DNA of 64,000 nucleotides from Raja brachyura. Lineage: Eukaryota. The DNA lies in NCBI GenBank assembly GCA_963514005.1, contig OY740782.1, positions 150,412,001-150,476,000 of the forward strand, given 5' to 3'. The translations under genes were made by a program, and so were the position numbers. Each line of letters begins with the position of its first letter. Position 1 is the first letter of the stretch. Of the stretch, positions 61,201 to 64,000 are shown piece by piece. Under the pieces are notes generated by a model. The model was given only the letters and a program-made list of their open reading frames with translations. It did not search any database and was not told where the DNA came from.

Positions 61201-64000
61201 AACCATCGTGGCCTAAACATCCATCAGGCGAGAATGAAATGCTCGGAGAAGGAGAAAGAGGTGCAGCGCACAGGCCTTGAACCTGGTGAGACGCAGGAGG
61301 AGCCCGGCTGGGAGTCACCCCACAGAGCCCAGTCCCTCCATGCACTAGAGTCTCCCAACCCCTGCAGAGTAGTTATTAAGATGGCTGTTCCATGGGCGGT
61401 TGCTGCTGGGACGCAAGTCGGGGCCTGATCAACCCCGGCTGGGTCGCCTGGGCGAGGGTGTCTGTTGTGAGACCCGAAACACCCGATGTCCCCAGGTCAC
61501 ATCACTGAGGACGCGTCCCAGCGCATCTAGAAGATGTATATTTTTCACGCTACTAGTTACATCCTCGAAAAATTCCACAAGATTCGTCAGACATGATTTA
61601 CCTTTCATAAATCCATGCTGACTTTGTCCAATGATTTCACCACTTTCCAAATGTGCTGCTATCCCATCATTAATAACTGACTAGCAGTTTACCCACTACC
61701 GATGTTAGACTAACTGGTCTGTAATTCCCCGTTTTCTCTCTCCCTCCCTTCTTAAAAAGAGGGGTTACGTTTGCTACCTGCCAATCCTCAGGAGCTACTC
61801 CAGAATCTAAAGAGTTTTGAAAGATTATCACTAATGCATTCACTATTTCCGGAGCTACTTCCTTAAGTACTCTGGGATGCAGCCTATCTGGCCCTGGGGA
61901 TTTATCGGCCTTTAATCCATTCAATTTACCCAACACTACTTCCCGACTAACCTGGATTTCACTCAATTCCTCCTTTGACCCGCGGTCCCCTGCTATTTCC
62001 GGCAGATTATTTATGTCTTCCTTAGTGAAGATGGAACCAAAGTAGTTATTAAATTGGTCCGCCATATCCTTGTTCCCAATGATCAACTCACCTGTTTCTG
62101 ACTGCAAGGGACCTACATTTGTTTTAACTAATCTCTTTCTCTTCACATATCTATAAAACCTTTTGCAGTCAGTTTTTATGTTCCCTGCCAGTTTTCTTTC
62201 ATAATCTATTTTTCCTTTCCTAATCAAGCCCTTTGTCCTCCTCTGCTGGTGTCTGAATTTCTCCCAGTCCTCTGGTATGCTGCTTTTTCTGGCTACTTTG
62301 TACGCATCGTCCTTTGCTTTGATACTATCCCTGATTTCCCTTGTTATCCACGGATGCACTACCTTCCCTGATTTATTCTTTTGCCAAACTGGGATGAACA
62401 ATTTTTGTAGTTCATCCATGCAGTCTTTAAATGTCTTCAATTGCGTATCCACCGTCAACCCTTTTAGAATTGATTGCCAGTCAATCTTGGCCAATTCACG
62501 ACAGGGGACGATCAGCCATGATCACAGTGAATGGCCGTGCTGGCTAGAAGGGCCAAATGGCCTCCTCCTGCACCTATTTTCTATGTTTCCATGTTTCTAT
62601 GTCCCAGTTGGTACAGTGAAATGTGTGGTCACCACACAGCCCTACAGATAAAATGTCAATACTGAGAGTTGTTACATAAAAGGCAGTAGAGGAAATAGAT
62701 ACAAAGCAAACACAAAATTAAATTAAAATGGCATTAAGAGATCGGAAGGAAATTAATGGATGGCATAGTGCAGGAGGGGAATTGTAGATCGGTGCAGTGA
62801 TTGGACCAATTATCGGCATTAGGGATGATTCATGCGGTGTTGATTTTCAGATGCTGCTTCCAAAGAGCAAAGTTGAATGAGGGCACATTCTAACCAATCA
62901 ATCAATGTGCATATTTGTTGGATAATGTTTCAATGATTCAGACTGCACTGGTTGGGCGGATGGTATGGAAAAATCTAATAGAGATATCTGAAGAAGAATC
63001 CACTAGAGCTATCTGAGGAGATAGATAAAAACAGTAGTTAACCGATTTGTGAGGAAAACACGAGGAGTGTCGAACATTTAAGGTGCATACGGGCAATTAA
63101 AGTTTCCCGCGTTCCAGCATAGTATTCTTCTATGACTTGAATTTTAATTCATCATTGTATTTTCTATGCATCTGTGAATTTGTCACGTGTGGCATTCATA
63201 TGTATGCAGAGAATGTTATTGATCCCAGCCATTGTTGGTAAATAAAGGGATATGATACATGTTCTCAGTTAACCTAGCTTTGTAGGAAATATTATTGACT
63301 AACATCATCCATATGCACTTCAACCTTATTTTTACAAGAGAACGTTGACAATTTAAAATAAATGTATCTGATGTAATCTGTTCGGAGATTTGCATTTCTT
63401 TCTCACTTTATCTGTTTTCCGCCTCTGGGGAAACATTGATTCTGTTTCTGTCCTTCAGTGAACGAACCTGGGTCTGGGGCTGTTGAAATCAGCCTTTATT
63501 TAAATCAGCTTATCTCTGCTTCCAGCCATTTTTAGAGCAACACAAACAAGGCAATGAAGATATAATTATCGACAGCGATTATATGTTTTAACGATATTGG
63601 CAGTTGGCGCGAATCAAAGGAATTCTCCGAGGGAGTTTATTTTATCATATCTTGTTCAAATAAAATGATGTGGTTTTATATTACGGATTCACTTTGAATA
63701 TTATTTTGTTGTCCACTTGAATCTCTACTTGAAGAAATGTCTAAGCACGTGAGGTCAATGGAGGAATCGAGTTCTTTCCACACCTCCACTGTAGGCTTTT
63801 CATTAACACACATACACTTACGCACACACACTCACACGCACGCACAAACTTACACATACACACACTCACAAACGCGCACACACACTCACACACAAAATTA
63901 CACATACACTCACAAACGCGCACGCATACACACTCACACACATAGCAGCACACACACACTCGCATTCACAAACACACACACTCAGCCACACACACGTACG
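58236..64000 (+). repeat. Segmental duplicate of 32680-35780 (VH upstream region)
   Basis: 58236-59879 plus about 62500-64000 are colinear with 32680-35780, including about 1.2 kb of apparently non-repeat sequence. Confidence 0.93.
59880..62499 (-). mobile_element. CR1 LINE inserted only in the duplicate copy
   Basis: ORFs 61670-62494 and 59966-60904. Absent at the matching site (about 34319) and flanked by GATAG/GACAG. Confidence 0.92.

Overview
Eukaryotic DNA from a cartilaginous fish. A skate or ray (Rajidae) is my inference from the Ig sequence style and the repeat content. The core is one complete, unrearranged, apparently intact immunoglobulin heavy-chain IgM minilocus on the minus strand (32151 to 18760): leader, VH, D1, D2, JH, CH1-CH4 with secretory tail, TM1, TM2. 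The recombination signal spacers are V23 / 12-D1-22 / 12-D2-12 / 23-J, and all exons splice in frame. The rest is repeat-rich: many CR1 (HER1-type) LINE fragments, L1-clade, L2, Crack-like, Rex1 and Penelope pieces, Tc1, hAT and Helitron-like remnants, a solo LTR and a 5.3-kb (GAGTTT/GAGAGTTT)n satellite. There are three N gaps. The Ig cluster architecture is a known system. The less-explained observations are: a GC-AG intron between TM1 and TM2; an octamer-bearing inverted repeat and Ets/IRF-like sites in the J-C intron; a one-strand AID-hotspot-dense satellite and CTCF-like motifs 3' of the gene; and a second copy of the VH upstream region that runs into an assembly gap. Family assignments come from motifs read by eye; no searches were run. 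Repeat boundaries are approximate.
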